From Candidatus Dormiibacterota bacterium (GTDB lineage: Bacteria > Chloroflexota > Dormibacteria > DASZGP01), in contig JBARRR010000039.1 in the NCBI GenBank assembly GCA_049644325.1, positions 19,867 through 83,866 on the forward strand: a stretch of 64,000 nucleotides of DNA, read 5' to 3'. Below, one piece after another: positions 38,111 to 46,817 of the stretch. The translations under genes were made by a program, and so were the position numbers. Numbering within the stretch: position 1 is the stretch's first letter; the number at the start of each line of letters is the position of its first letter. The notes under the pieces were generated by a model, which worked only from the letters and a program-made list of their open reading frames with translations, was not told the origin of the DNA and did not search any database.

Positions 38111-39031
38111 TCAGGTGACTATCGGCACCTCCGCCTCGGCTTCCACCGGGGGGCTGGTCAGCGTCACCCCCACGGAGGCGCCGACGACGAGGGCGAAGCC
38201 GACCGCCTCCAGGGGGTGCACGCCCTGGCTGAGCACGATCGCGCCGACCAGGGCGCCCATCAGCGGGTGGAGGCTGAGGAGCACGCCGAAGACGTAGGAG
38301 GGGATCCTCTTCATCGCCAGCAGCTCGACGCTGTACGGCACCGCCGAGCTGAGGATGCCGACCAGGACCCCCATCAGCAGGACCACCGGGTTGGTCAGCG
38401 TGCCGCCACCCTGCCACAGTGCGGGCGCGGTCAGCAGGATTGCGGCCACCACCATCGCCATCGCCAGGGTGTCCGCCTGCCGCCCGCCGGTCGCCACCCG
38501 CCGCCCCACCAGGACATAGAACGCCCAGCAGGCGCCGGCCGCCAGCACCCAGGCCAGGCCCACATAGTTGAGGTGGTCGGGGCCCGGCTTGCTGATGGCG
38601 ATGACGCCCGCCGCCGCCATCGCCACCCACATCAGGTCGCGCCGGCGCGGCGACAGGATGCCGGCGATCACGATCGGCCCGGTGAACTCCACCGCCACTG
38701 CGTCGCCCAGCGGCAGCAGCGCGATGCCGTAGTAGAAGGCGGTGTTCATCAGGCCCAGGACCAGGCCCAGCGCCAAGGCGTACCCCGGCCTGATGCCCCG
38801 CAGCGACCCTCGCCGTGCCAGCAGCAGCAGCAACAGCGCCCCGGCGCTGACGACGTTGCGGATCCAGCTGGCGGTCACCGGCGGGGTGAGCAGGAAGAGA
38901 CGGGTGGCATAGGCCGCGCCCAGCTGGGCCGATACCGTGCTCAGCACCACCAGGCTGGCGGCGACCAGCTTGTGTCGCGACGCCCCCACGGGCAGCGGCC
39001 GGCTATGGGTCTCTGCGGTTTCCCTAGCCAC
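38111..39031 (-). CDS. EamA/DMT-family transporter (10 TMS).
   Basis: Two EamA repeats are present. A GTG start 2 nt after the upstream stop removes the implausible Arg/Pro-rich extension. Confidence 0.7.
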   Translation of the reverse strand: MARETAETHSRPLPVGASRHKLVAASLVVLSTVSAQLGAAYATRLFLLTPPVTASWIRNVVSAGALLLLLLARRGSLRGIRPGYALALGLVLGLMNTAFYYGIALLPLGDAVAVEFTGPIVIAGILSPRRRDLMWVAMAAAGVIAISKPGPDHLNYVGLAWVLAAGACWAFYVLVGRRVATGGRQADTLAMAMVVAAILLTAPALWQGGGTLTNPVVLLMGVLVGILSSAVPYSVELLAMKRIPSYVFGVLLSLHPLMGALVGAIVLSQGVHPLEAVGFALVVGASVGVTLTSPPVEAEAEVPIVT

Positions 39032-39512
39032 GGGCGGCGGCCAGGGCTCGGTCCACGGCGTCGGCCACCGTGGGGCAAGCCTCCAGCAGCGGCTCGCCGT
39101 CGCCGGGCCTGGACGCCGACCAGGTCTCGAAGCCGAACACCGGCACCCCCAGCTTGCGAGCGATGGCGATCTCGCTGAGGGTTCCGTAACCCCCGCCGAT
39201 GGCGACCACGGCGTCCGCCGAGCGAACCAGGATGACGTTGCGGGCTTCACCGGCCCCGGTGGCGATGCGGACCTGCGCCGGCGCGATGGCCGAGGCCGTG
39301 CTCGCCGCGGGCAGCACGGCGCAGGCAAGTCCGCCGGCGGCGCGGGCGGCCTCGGTCGCCGCCAGCATCACGCCGGTCATTCCGCCGGTCAGCAGCACGG
39401 CTCCCGCCTCCGCGATGCGCGTGCCGGCTTCGGCGGCCGCGCCGTTGTATGGCGTGTCGGGGTCACCGTCGCCGCAGACGGCGACCTGCAGGGGCAGGGG
39501 ATTGGCGGACAT
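39024..39512 (-). CDS. LOG/TIGR00725-family Rossmann protein (SLOG fold).
   Basis: It has GGMTGVM and IGGGYGTLSEIA, the LOG signatures GGGxGxMG and PGGxGTxxE. Confidence 0.7.
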   Translation of the reverse strand: MSANPLPLQVAVCGDGDPDTPYNGAAAEAGTRIAEAGAVLLTGGMTGVMLAATEAARAAGGLACAVLPAASTASAIAPAQVRIATGAGEARNVILVRSADAVVAIGGGYGTLSEIAIARKLGVPVFGFETWSASRPGDGEPLLEACPTVADAVDRALAAARG

Positions 39513-39609
39513 GGACCTGGACCGAGGCTAGCATCGGGGGGTGGAGGCGGCCTGGCCGCCGGTCCCGGTGGGCAGGCCTTGAATGTAGTCCTAGAATCCG
39601 GCCATTCGC

Positions 39610-39692
39610 GTCGGCGTGGTGGAACGGTAGACACGCCAGCTTTAGGAGCTGGTCCCCGCGAGGGGGTGGAGGTTCGAGTCCTCTCGCCGACA
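39610..39692 (+). tRNA. tRNA-Leu (anticodon UAG), class II with a long variable arm.
   Basis: The acceptor stem is 7 bp, GTCGGCG/CGCCGAC. The anticodon stem is CCAGC/GCTGG with loop TTTAGGA. The variable arm is a hairpin, TCCCCGCGAGGGGGT. The T-loop is TTCGAGT with stem GGAGG/CCTCT. The discriminator is A and CCA is not encoded. Confidence 0.85.
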
Positions 39693-39779
39693 GTCTTCAC
39701 CAGCCGCGGCGCCCGCGCAGATTTCTGACGCCCTCGTCAGAAACTGTGGTACTTTGGCCACTGGCGGAAGGTTTCGGAG

Positions 39780-40703
39780 GTGCCCATGGCAACTACCACT
39801 AGCGACGTCGAGCAGGCGAGCCTGGTTCAGCTCGGCAACACCCACATCGACGAAGTCCTGACCCTGCTCGACCACGGGTTGGAGCGGCTCCCCAGCTACC
39901 GCGAGCTCTACCTCCGGTGGGAGCGCCAGCAGTGGAAGACCCAGGACCTCGACTTCACCCAGGACAGGATCGACAACGAGCGCCAGAAGGCCGAGGGCAA
40001 CACCCGCCAGCTGGAGGAGTCGGAGCGGACCTACGCCTCCTTCTGGATCGGCGAGCACCAGGTCACCGTCGACCTGCTGCCCTTCGTGATCGCCGCCCCC
40101 GACACCGAGCAGAAGCTCTTCCTCACCACCCAGGTGGTCGACGAGGCCCGCCACATGGTCTTCTTCGACCGCTTCTACTCCGAGGTCCTGGGGGTCGAGG
40201 AGGCCACCCTCCACGACCGGATCTGGGCGCAGAAGCCCCACGTCTACCGGGCCTATGACGACATCTTCTTCGGCACCCTGGCCAAACTCGCCGACGACCT
40301 CCGCCGGGAGCCCGAGAACTTCGACACCCTGGTCCGCGGCGTGACCGTGTACCACATCATCATCGAGGGCTTCCTGGCGCTCACCGGGCAGCGCTTCACC
40401 CTCGACTACCTTCGCCGCGAAGACCAGCTACCCGGCTTCCGAGCGGGGTTCACCGCGATCATGCGCGACGAGTCCCGGCACATCACCTTCGGGACCAAGT
40501 TCCTGTACGACGCGGTGCACCAGGACCCCAGGTGGGTCGGAGTGATCCAGGACCAGCTGAACCAGACGCTGCCGCTGAGCATGACGTTGCTCGAGGATTC
40601 CGATCCCACCGTCTCCGGCTACACCCAGGACGAGGTCACCACCTGGGGGATGCGTTCGCTGGAAAAGCGCCTCAAGGTCATCGGCGTCCCCTTCGGCCTG
40701 TAG
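39780..40703 (+). CDS. R2-like ligand-binding oxidase (ferritin-like, RNR small-subunit-like Mn/Fe protein).
   Basis: Diiron-carboxylate motifs are present: VDEARHMVFF, IIEGFLALTG and RDESRHITFG. The product is 307 aa. Confidence 0.75.
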   Translation: MPMATTTSDVEQASLVQLGNTHIDEVLTLLDHGLERLPSYRELYLRWERQQWKTQDLDFTQDRIDNERQKAEGNTRQLEESERTYASFWIGEHQVTVDLLPFVIAAPDTEQKLFLTTQVVDEARHMVFFDRFYSEVLGVEEATLHDRIWAQKPHVYRAYDDIFFGTLAKLADDLRREPENFDTLVRGVTVYHIIIEGFLALTGQRFTLDYLRREDQLPGFRAGFTAIMRDESRHITFGTKFLYDAVHQDPRWVGVIQDQLNQTLPLSMTLLEDSDPTVSGYTQDEVTTWGMRSLEKRLKVIGVPFGL

Positions 40704-40806
40704 GACCCCGAGCCGGCCAAGAGGCCGGTACACAACGTTTTACTGAAACTTAACAGTCACAGTGCACTTCTACCTATTCTGAGGCGTCCCGCGAACATAC
40801 ACTCAG

Positions 40807-41541
40807 GTGGCCATGGGACTCAGCGGGATCGCGGTGGCATCACACGGGTTGAGGTACTACCTCGACCAGGTCCCTGGTGGCCAGGCGATCACCCAGCAGA
40901 TCTACGCCCACAAGGCGATTGCGGTATTCGGCGTGATCGCCTTGGAGGAGGTGGGGATCCCGGTCCCGCTCCCCGGCGATGCGTTCATCGCCTTTGCCGG
41001 CCACCTGGTGGCGCGCCAGGCGCTGGACCCGGTTTCGGCTTTCCTGGCCGTGGTCCTCGGGGCGATGATCGGCTCCAGCGTCCTCTACTGGCTGGCCCGG
41101 ATCTACGGGAAGCCGTTCGTCAAGCGATACGGCCCCTACATGCACGTCAAGCAGTCGCGGATCGACCGGTTGGAGCGCTGGTTCAAGCGTTGGGGTCCGC
41201 TGGCTGTGATCTTCGGGCGCCACGTCCCCGGGTTCCGGATCGTGCTCTCGGTGTGCGCCGGGCTTTTCGGCGTCAGCTACCCGGTGTTCGTGAGCTCGGT
41301 GGCGGTCTCCGCCAGCCTCTGGGCGGGGATGTTCCTGGTCATCGGCTTCTTCCTCAGCCGCCAGATCGGCCCGTACATGGACATCACACCCCTGCACCTC
41401 CTGCCCAGCACCATCGTGATCAGCAGCAGCATCATCTACGCGCTCATCGTCAAGCGTCGGGCGACCCGCGCCGAGGCCCTGGCCGACGCGCCACTGGTGG
41501 TCAGCGACCCGCTGGTCGCCACCAGCCGGGCCCCTTTCTAA
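40807..41541 (+). CDS. DedA/SNARE-associated family membrane protein.
   Basis: It has VPLPGDAFI...RYGPY...FGRHVPGFR. Confidence 0.75.
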   Translation: MAMGLSGIAVASHGLRYYLDQVPGGQAITQQIYAHKAIAVFGVIALEEVGIPVPLPGDAFIAFAGHLVARQALDPVSAFLAVVLGAMIGSSVLYWLARIYGKPFVKRYGPYMHVKQSRIDRLERWFKRWGPLAVIFGRHVPGFRIVLSVCAGLFGVSYPVFVSSVAVSASLWAGMFLVIGFFLSRQIGPYMDITPLHLLPSTIVISSSIIYALIVKRRATRAEALADAPLVVSDPLVATSRAPF

Positions 41542-41611
41542 ACCGCAGGCCGCCCCGCTGACCTCCTCGCCGCCGCCCCCGGATTGGGGCGAACGCGAGA
41601 CCAGCGACCTG

Positions 41612-42094
41612 ATGTCCGAGCTGGAGCGGCTGGAGAAAGCTGCCGTACCCCTTCGGGCTGAGCTCGACCGACTGCGAAAGGAGGTGGACCTGGTCCGCAG
41701 CGAGCTCCGGCGCCGGGAGCGGGCAGAGCGGCTGCGCCAGCGACAGGAGGCCCGGGCGGAGATGGCCGCGGGCCAGGTGCCGAGCCTCGAAGACGCGATC
41801 TCGGGGGCGGCCGCCGGGTTCGACGACGCGGTCCTGGACGATCTCCGCTTCCTCCGTGAAAGCGCCACCGAGGTCCGCCTGGGGTACGCCTCGGCGTCAC
41901 GCCAGAGCCTCAGCTTCACCGACGGCGCCGCCACCGAGGAGGCTTTCGACGTCGGCACAGCCCGCGAGCTCTGGAAGCGCGGCTGGGAGTGGGGCACCCC
42001 TGCCGCGTCGGGGGTCCGGGTCTACCCGGTCGGCAGCCGGGCGGAGCGGGTGGTGCCCGCGGCTGAGGTCCACGTCGAGCCGCGCCAGGCCTGA
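41612..42094 (+). CDS. Hypothetical protein with an N-terminal coiled coil.
   Basis: It starts ELERLEKAAVPLRAELDRLRKEVDLVRSELRRRERAERLRQRQ. Confidence 0.45.
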   Translation: MSELERLEKAAVPLRAELDRLRKEVDLVRSELRRRERAERLRQRQEARAEMAAGQVPSLEDAISGAAAGFDDAVLDDLRFLRESATEVRLGYASASRQSLSFTDGAATEEAFDVGTARELWKRGWEWGTPAASGVRVYPVGSRAERVVPAAEVHVEPRQA

Positions 42095-42177
42095 TCGCCG
42101 CCCAGCATCGCCTCCCGGGTGGGTTGGGATAGAATCCCTAGCAGATTAGTCGGGTATTGTCCGGAAGGAGGTTCGGC

Positions 42178-42633
42178 ATGGCTGTCCAGGCATTCGACCG
42201 CACCGTCCTCAAGGTGGGCCAGGTGTTCATCATCGGCATCAACGTGGTCGCCTTTACGCTGGGGTTCGTGCTCCAGGTGAACTACGCCTGGCTGCTGGTG
42301 CCGTTGGTGGGCGTGATCATGGCCCTGGGCGTGGTCAACCCCCAGCTCAACCTCTTCCGGCAGTTCTACCTGCGGGTGCTCAAGCCCAGCGGCATCGTCA
42401 AGCCCAACGTCGCCCAGGAGGACCCGACTCCCCACCAGTTCGCCCAGGGCGTGGGCGCCAGCTTCCTCGGGTTCAGCACCGTCGCCTTCCTGCTGGGCGC
42501 CACCGGGGCCGGCTGGGTCCTGGCCTGGATCGTCATCGTCCTGGCCTTCGTCAACTTCGCCTTCGACTTCTGCGTCGGCTGCCAGGTCTACTTCCAGCTT
42601 GACCGCATGCACCTCCTGCCCCGCCGGGGGTAG
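42178..42633 (+). CDS. DUF4395-family integral membrane protein.
   Basis: It has four TMs and the C-terminal motif FAFDFCVGCQVYF. Confidence 0.65.
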   Translation: MAVQAFDRTVLKVGQVFIIGINVVAFTLGFVLQVNYAWLLVPLVGVIMALGVVNPQLNLFRQFYLRVLKPSGIVKPNVAQEDPTPHQFAQGVGASFLGFSTVAFLLGATGAGWVLAWIVIVLAFVNFAFDFCVGCQVYFQLDRMHLLPRRG

Positions 42634-42654
42634 GCGACCCCGACCCCACCGATC

Positions 42655-43059
42655 GTGATTGAGCGCCTCGGGCTCCTTGCCGTCCTCCTCCTGGGGCTGG
42701 CCGTGCTCTTTTTGGCGGTCAGGCTGGCGGCGGTCTACCGGCGTGGCAAGCGGGTCAACCGCGTGGTCGACCCCGCCTTGAGCCAAGGGCGGCCCACGGT
42801 CCTCTTCTTCACCGCGGACTACTGCACCGTCTGCCGCTACCGCCAAAAGCCGGCGCTTGACGAGCTCAAGAGCGCCCTCGACGGCGACCTCCGGGTGGTC
42901 GAGGTCGACGCCCCGGCCGAAGAGCCGCTGGTCCGTCGGTTCGGGGTCCTGACCCTGCCCAGCACGGTGGTGCTTGCCGCCGACGGCCGCGTCTCCGCCG
43001 TCAACTACGGCTTCGCACCCAGCGACCAGCTCCGCGCCCAGGTGGCCAGCGTCGGCTGA
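42655..43059 (+). CDS. Membrane-anchored thioredoxin-family protein.
   Basis: It has an N-terminal TM, the CXXC motif YCTVC and the motif LVRRFGVLTLPSTVVL. Confidence 0.7.
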   Translation: MIERLGLLAVLLLGLAVLFLAVRLAAVYRRGKRVNRVVDPALSQGRPTVLFFTADYCTVCRYRQKPALDELKSALDGDLRVVEVDAPAEEPLVRRFGVLTLPSTVVLAADGRVSAVNYGFAPSDQLRAQVASVG

Positions 43060-43087
43060 GGCCGCGGGTCCGGGGCCCGGAGCCCCG

Positions 43088-43897
43088 GTGGGGGCGTCCT
43101 TCAGCAGCCTGGCGCTGTACCACGCCTGTCCGCTCAAGTACCGCTACCTGGAGGTCGACCACCTCGATGAGCCGGCCACGCCCCCAGAGTGGCGGCGTGC
43201 GCCGGCGCGGATCGCGGAGACGGTGGCGTCGGAGCTCGACCGCCGGCTGGGGGCCGGAGTGCACGCCGCCCTTCTGCGCTGGCAGCGCCGGGTCGATGGC
43301 GGGGCGCCGCCCCGGGCCGCCGACCTGCTGGCCGTGGTGCGAGAGGAGGCCGATGGGCGGGGCCTGGCAGGGAAGGAGTTCGACGGCGCGATGACCCGGA
43401 TGGCCGCCGGCCTGGGCGCCTATGCCGAGGGGCCCTGGCCGAAACGGACGACCCTGTTCCTGGAGCAGGCGGTTCGCCACGTGATCCAGGACGCGGACGG
43501 CTTCGCCATCGAGCTCAAGCTGAGGGTCGACCGCGTCGTCCGCTACCAGCGCCGGGTGGCCATCCTCGACTTCAAGACGGTCACGCCGCACGCCTTCGAG
43601 ATGGCCATCGACGAGTGGCAGCTGCGGACCTACGTGATGGCGGCGCCGGAGCTGCTCGGGCTCGATCCGTCGCAGGTGCGGCTGTTCCTCATCGACCTGC
43701 GATCGGGCGCGGAGGCCCCGGTCGCCTCGGGCCTTGCCGCACTTGCTGGCGCGCGGCGCGAGCTGCTTCGCGCCGGGAGGGGTATCGTCGCTGGCGCCTT
43801 CGGTGTCGACGGTGTCCCCGAGCGTCCCTGCTGGGACTGTGGCTTCCGGCTGGCGTGCCCGTCGTCGCTGGCGCCCGACCCTCCTCACGCCCACTAG
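43088..43897 (+). CDS. PD-(D/E)xK nuclease with a Cas4/AddB-like 4-Cys Fe-S arrangement. It is stand-alone, with no cas context.
   Basis: There is an N-terminal Cys in YHACPLKY, the core VDRVV...ILDFKT (D...D-x-K) and EWQLRTY (QxxxY), and a C-terminal CWDCGFRLAC. The GTG start is at 43088. Confidence 0.65.
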   Translation: MGASFSSLALYHACPLKYRYLEVDHLDEPATPPEWRRAPARIAETVASELDRRLGAGVHAALLRWQRRVDGGAPPRAADLLAVVREEADGRGLAGKEFDGAMTRMAAGLGAYAEGPWPKRTTLFLEQAVRHVIQDADGFAIELKLRVDRVVRYQRRVAILDFKTVTPHAFEMAIDEWQLRTYVMAAPELLGLDPSQVRLFLIDLRSGAEAPVASGLAALAGARRELLRAGRGIVAGAFGVDGVPERPCWDCGFRLACPSSLAPDPPHAH

Positions 43898-43907
43898 ACT
43901 CGGCCCC

Positions 43908-44162
43908 ATGCCCCAGTGGGAGATAGTGGAGGAGATGCGGGAGGTGCCACCCGGCAGGGCGGGCACCCTGATCCCATCGTGGAACACCGGCTTCCCGCTG
44001 CGATCGGAGCCCCATGGCGGGCCCACCGGCGGGGTGGTGCGACCGGGTCAGAAGCTCCACGTGCTGGAGGCCCGCGACGGCCACCTGCTCGTGCAACAGG
44101 AGGCCGCCGGCCTCCACGGCTGGATACCGCGGCACATCGTCGCCCCCTGGCCCGAGCCCTAG
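43908..44162 (+). CDS. Small SH3-like domain protein (85 aa).
   Basis: It has GQKLHVLEARDGHLLVQQEAAGLHGWIPRHIV, a bacterial SH3-like pattern. It starts 10 nt after the nuclease stop. Confidence 0.45.
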   Translation: MPQWEIVEEMREVPPGRAGTLIPSWNTGFPLRSEPHGGPTGGVVRPGQKLHVLEARDGHLLVQQEAAGLHGWIPRHIVAPWPEP

Positions 44163-44178
44163 CTCGCCTGACGCACGT

Positions 44179-44883
44179 TCAGAGGAGGTGAGTCAGGCGC
44201 TTCCTCAGGAGCCGCGGTCCCGCGGGCGCCTCGTACACCGGCAGCAGCGCCGACATGGCCGCCCGGGCTTCAGCCATCACCGTGTCGACCTCCTTGCCCT
44301 CGGGTGAGATCGGGCTGCCGATGATGATCCGGACGGTCTTGCGCAGCCAGAGGTCCTGCGTCCCCGAGAGCGCCACCGGCACCACCGGGACTTGGTTGTC
44401 GACGGCGAAGTGAGCGAAGCCCGAGTGGAAGTCCTGGATCGCGCCCTCCCGGTCGCCGTAGTGCCCTTCTGGAAACAGCCCCACGGCGCCGCCTCGGTGC
44501 AGGCAGAGGTCGACGTAGTGGTACAGGGTCCGGTCACCGTGCCGCGACTGGTCGACCGCGATGTAGCCGCCAACGCTGCGCACCACGCGCCACTGGAAAC
44601 GGTGGGTGACAAGGCCCTCGGGGTTGCCCAGGAAGTGCACCCGGGGGACGACGGGCAGGGCGTAGAGCAGGACGAACGGGTCGAGCCAGTTGAGGTGGTT
44701 GGCGATGGCGATGTAGGCGCCCCCATGCGCTCCGTCGCGCGGCAGGTTCTCACGACCCTCGACTCGGAGGCGGAACACGGCTCGGAAGATGGGCAGCAGG
44801 ATGGCTCGCGCGGCGCGATACCCGGCCGTCGCCTCGCGCTGAACCGGCAGCAGGTCGGCCGAAGGTAGCCCGGCGGCCGGCAT
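44179..44883 (-). CDS. 1-acyl-sn-glycerol-3-phosphate acyltransferase (LPLAT/PlsC family).
   Basis: It has the HX4D motif in IANHLNWLDP and an FPEGH motif. Confidence 0.8.
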   Translation of the reverse strand: MPAAGLPSADLLPVQREATAGYRAARAILLPIFRAVFRLRVEGRENLPRDGAHGGAYIAIANHLNWLDPFVLLYALPVVPRVHFLGNPEGLVTHRFQWRVVRSVGGYIAVDQSRHGDRTLYHYVDLCLHRGGAVGLFPEGHYGDREGAIQDFHSGFAHFAVDNQVPVVPVALSGTQDLWLRKTVRIIIGSPISPEGKEVDTVMAEARAAMSALLPVYEAPAGPRLLRKRLTHLL

Positions 44884-44889
44884 CGCGGC

Positions 44890-45726
44890 CTAGGTCGCGG
44901 CGGTGAGAGCCTCGCTCCCCGGCGCACCAACCGACGGCGCCGCGCCGGCGGCGGCAAGGAAGTGCTCGGCGATCAGCCGGTAGACCTCGTCATGGTCGAT
45001 GTCCACCGACATCGCGTGGCCGCTGCGTTCGAAGAGTCGCACTTCGGCGGACGGGCCGATGGCCTCGGCGATGAGCGCGGCGTTGGCATACGGCACCACG
45101 CCGTCGCGCTTGCCGTGGAGGAGGAGCGCCGGCACCTTGATCGCAGGTGCCTCTTTGAGGGCCAGCCGGTACAGCGACACCAGGTCCGCGTGCGACTTCA
45201 GGGACCGCCGGTTGTAGCTGCGCAGCTGCTTCACCGCCTCCTTGTCCCAGAGGTCGACGCTACTGCGGTCCGGGTAGTGCCAGCGGAGGATGCGCCGGCC
45301 CAGGCTGATCTGCAGCTCCGCCCATCGGCCCAGGTTCACCAGGGCGGCGGTGGTGGCGACCGCGACCACGTCGGGGTTGCGTGCCGCCAGCACCAGGCTC
45401 AGGGTGCCGCCCATTGACTGGCCTCCCACGCAGACCACGCGGCACTCGCGCTTGAGGGCGTCGAGCTCCGCCTGGGCGCTGTCGATCCAGTCCTGCCATG
45501 AGGTCAGCTCCAGCTCCTCGGGGGTACGCCCATGCCCGGCGAGGAGGGCCCCGCGGACCCGGAAGCCGCGGCCAGCGAGGTATCCGCCAACGCCCCGGAC
45601 CTCCGGCGGCGTGCCGCAGAACCCGTGGATCAGGAGTGCGCCGATGTCCCCTGATCCCAGCTGGAAGGCCTCGAGGTCGCCGGGCTGCGGCGGATGGCTC
45701 CAGATCTGGTCCTTGACCCGCTCCAT
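44890..45726 (-). CDS. Alpha/beta hydrolase (esterase/lipase-like).
   Basis: It has LLIHGFCG and GGQSMGG. The start is taken at MERVKDQ. The longer ORF reaching 46242 would overlap trpD. Confidence 0.7.
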   Translation of the reverse strand: MERVKDQIWSHPPQPGDLEAFQLGSGDIGALLIHGFCGTPPEVRGVGGYLAGRGFRVRGALLAGHGRTPEELELTSWQDWIDSAQAELDALKRECRVVCVGGQSMGGTLSLVLAARNPDVVAVATTAALVNLGRWAELQISLGRRILRWHYPDRSSVDLWDKEAVKQLRSYNRRSLKSHADLVSLYRLALKEAPAIKVPALLLHGKRDGVVPYANAALIAEAIGPSAEVRLFERSGHAMSVDIDHDEVYRLIAEHFLAAAGAAPSVGAPGSEALTAAT

Positions 45727-45784
45727 TTCCCGGATAGTATCGCCCCGCCGGGGCGCCTGACTGGGTCTGCTATACAGTCTGGCC

Positions 45785-46807
45785 ATGATCCGCGACGCCA
45801 TCGCCCGGCTGATCAACGGCGACGACCTGGACCGCGCCCAGGCCGAGGCGACGATGGACGACATCATGAACGGCGATGCCACCGAGTCCCAGATCGCCGG
45901 CCTGCTGGTGGCGCTCCGGCTCAAGGGTGAGACCGTCGATGAGATCGTCGGCCTGGTCTCGTCGATGCGCTCCCACGCGCGCACCCTGACCGCGCCCGAT
46001 GGCGCCGTCGACACCTGCGGCACCGGCGGCGATGGCGCCGGCACATTCAATATCTCGACCGCCGCCGCCATCGTCGTCCGAGGCGCCGGCGCGCCGGTCG
46101 CCAAGCACGGAAATCGCTCCTCCTCCAGCCTCTGCGGCAGCGCCGACGTGCTTGAGGCGCTGGGCGTGCCGATGTCGCTGACGGCCGACCAGGTCCAGGC
46201 CTGCCTCGACGCTACCGGGATCTGCTTCATGCTGGCGCCCACCTTTCACCCCGCGATGCGGCACGCGGGGGTCCCGCGCAAGGACCTCGGCATCCGTACC
46301 GTCTTCAACATCCTCGGACCCCTGGCCAACCCGGCCATGGTCCGGCGCCAATCATTGGGCGTGGCCAGCGCCCAGATGGCGCCCCTGATGGCGAGCGTCC
46401 TCAAGGAGCTGGGCCACGAGCGAGCGCTGGTCTTCTGCGGCAATGACGGCCTCGACGAGCTGAGCGTGGCGGCGCCGTCCCGGGTCTGGGAGCTGCGCGA
46501 CGGGGAGGTTCGCGAGTACGACATCGACGGCGCGTCATTGGGACTGGCGGTGGCGCAGCCCGGCGACCTCAAGGGCGGGGACGCCGCCGCCAACGCGGTC
46601 ATCCTCAACGCCGTCCTGGACGGCGAGACGGGCTCCCGTCGCGATGTCGTGCTGCTCAACGCCGCCGCCGCCCTGGTGGCCGCGGGTGTGGCTGAGGACC
46701 TCCCCCGGGGCATCGAGAAAGCGCGCGGGTCAATCGACAGCGGCGCAGCCCGGCAGGCGCTCGCCGACCTGCGCGACACCGCCCAGTCCCTGGCCTCGGT
46801 TTCCTAG
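45785..46807 (+). CDS. trpD: Anthranilate phosphoribosyltransferase.
   Basis: It has CGTGGDGAGTFNISTAAAIV and KHGNRSSSS. Confidence 0.9.
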   Translation: MIRDAIARLINGDDLDRAQAEATMDDIMNGDATESQIAGLLVALRLKGETVDEIVGLVSSMRSHARTLTAPDGAVDTCGTGGDGAGTFNISTAAAIVVRGAGAPVAKHGNRSSSSLCGSADVLEALGVPMSLTADQVQACLDATGICFMLAPTFHPAMRHAGVPRKDLGIRTVFNILGPLANPAMVRRQSLGVASAQMAPLMASVLKELGHERALVFCGNDGLDELSVAAPSRVWELRDGEVREYDIDGASLGLAVAQPGDLKGGDAAANAVILNAVLDGETGSRRDVVLLNAAAALVAAGVAEDLPRGIEKARGSIDSGAARQALADLRDTAQSLASVS

Positions 46808-46817
46808 TCCAAGCCCC

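Noticed and set aside
39513-39609. TTGAAT...TAGAAT upstream of the tRNA-Leu as a promoter.
   Set aside because: The spacing is only about 8 nt, incompatible with a sigma-70-type promoter. It is left unannotated.
45727-46242. An N-terminal 172 aa of the 450-aa hydrolase ORF.
   Set aside because: It overlaps trpD on the other strand. The alpha/beta-hydrolase domain begins near MERVKDQ.
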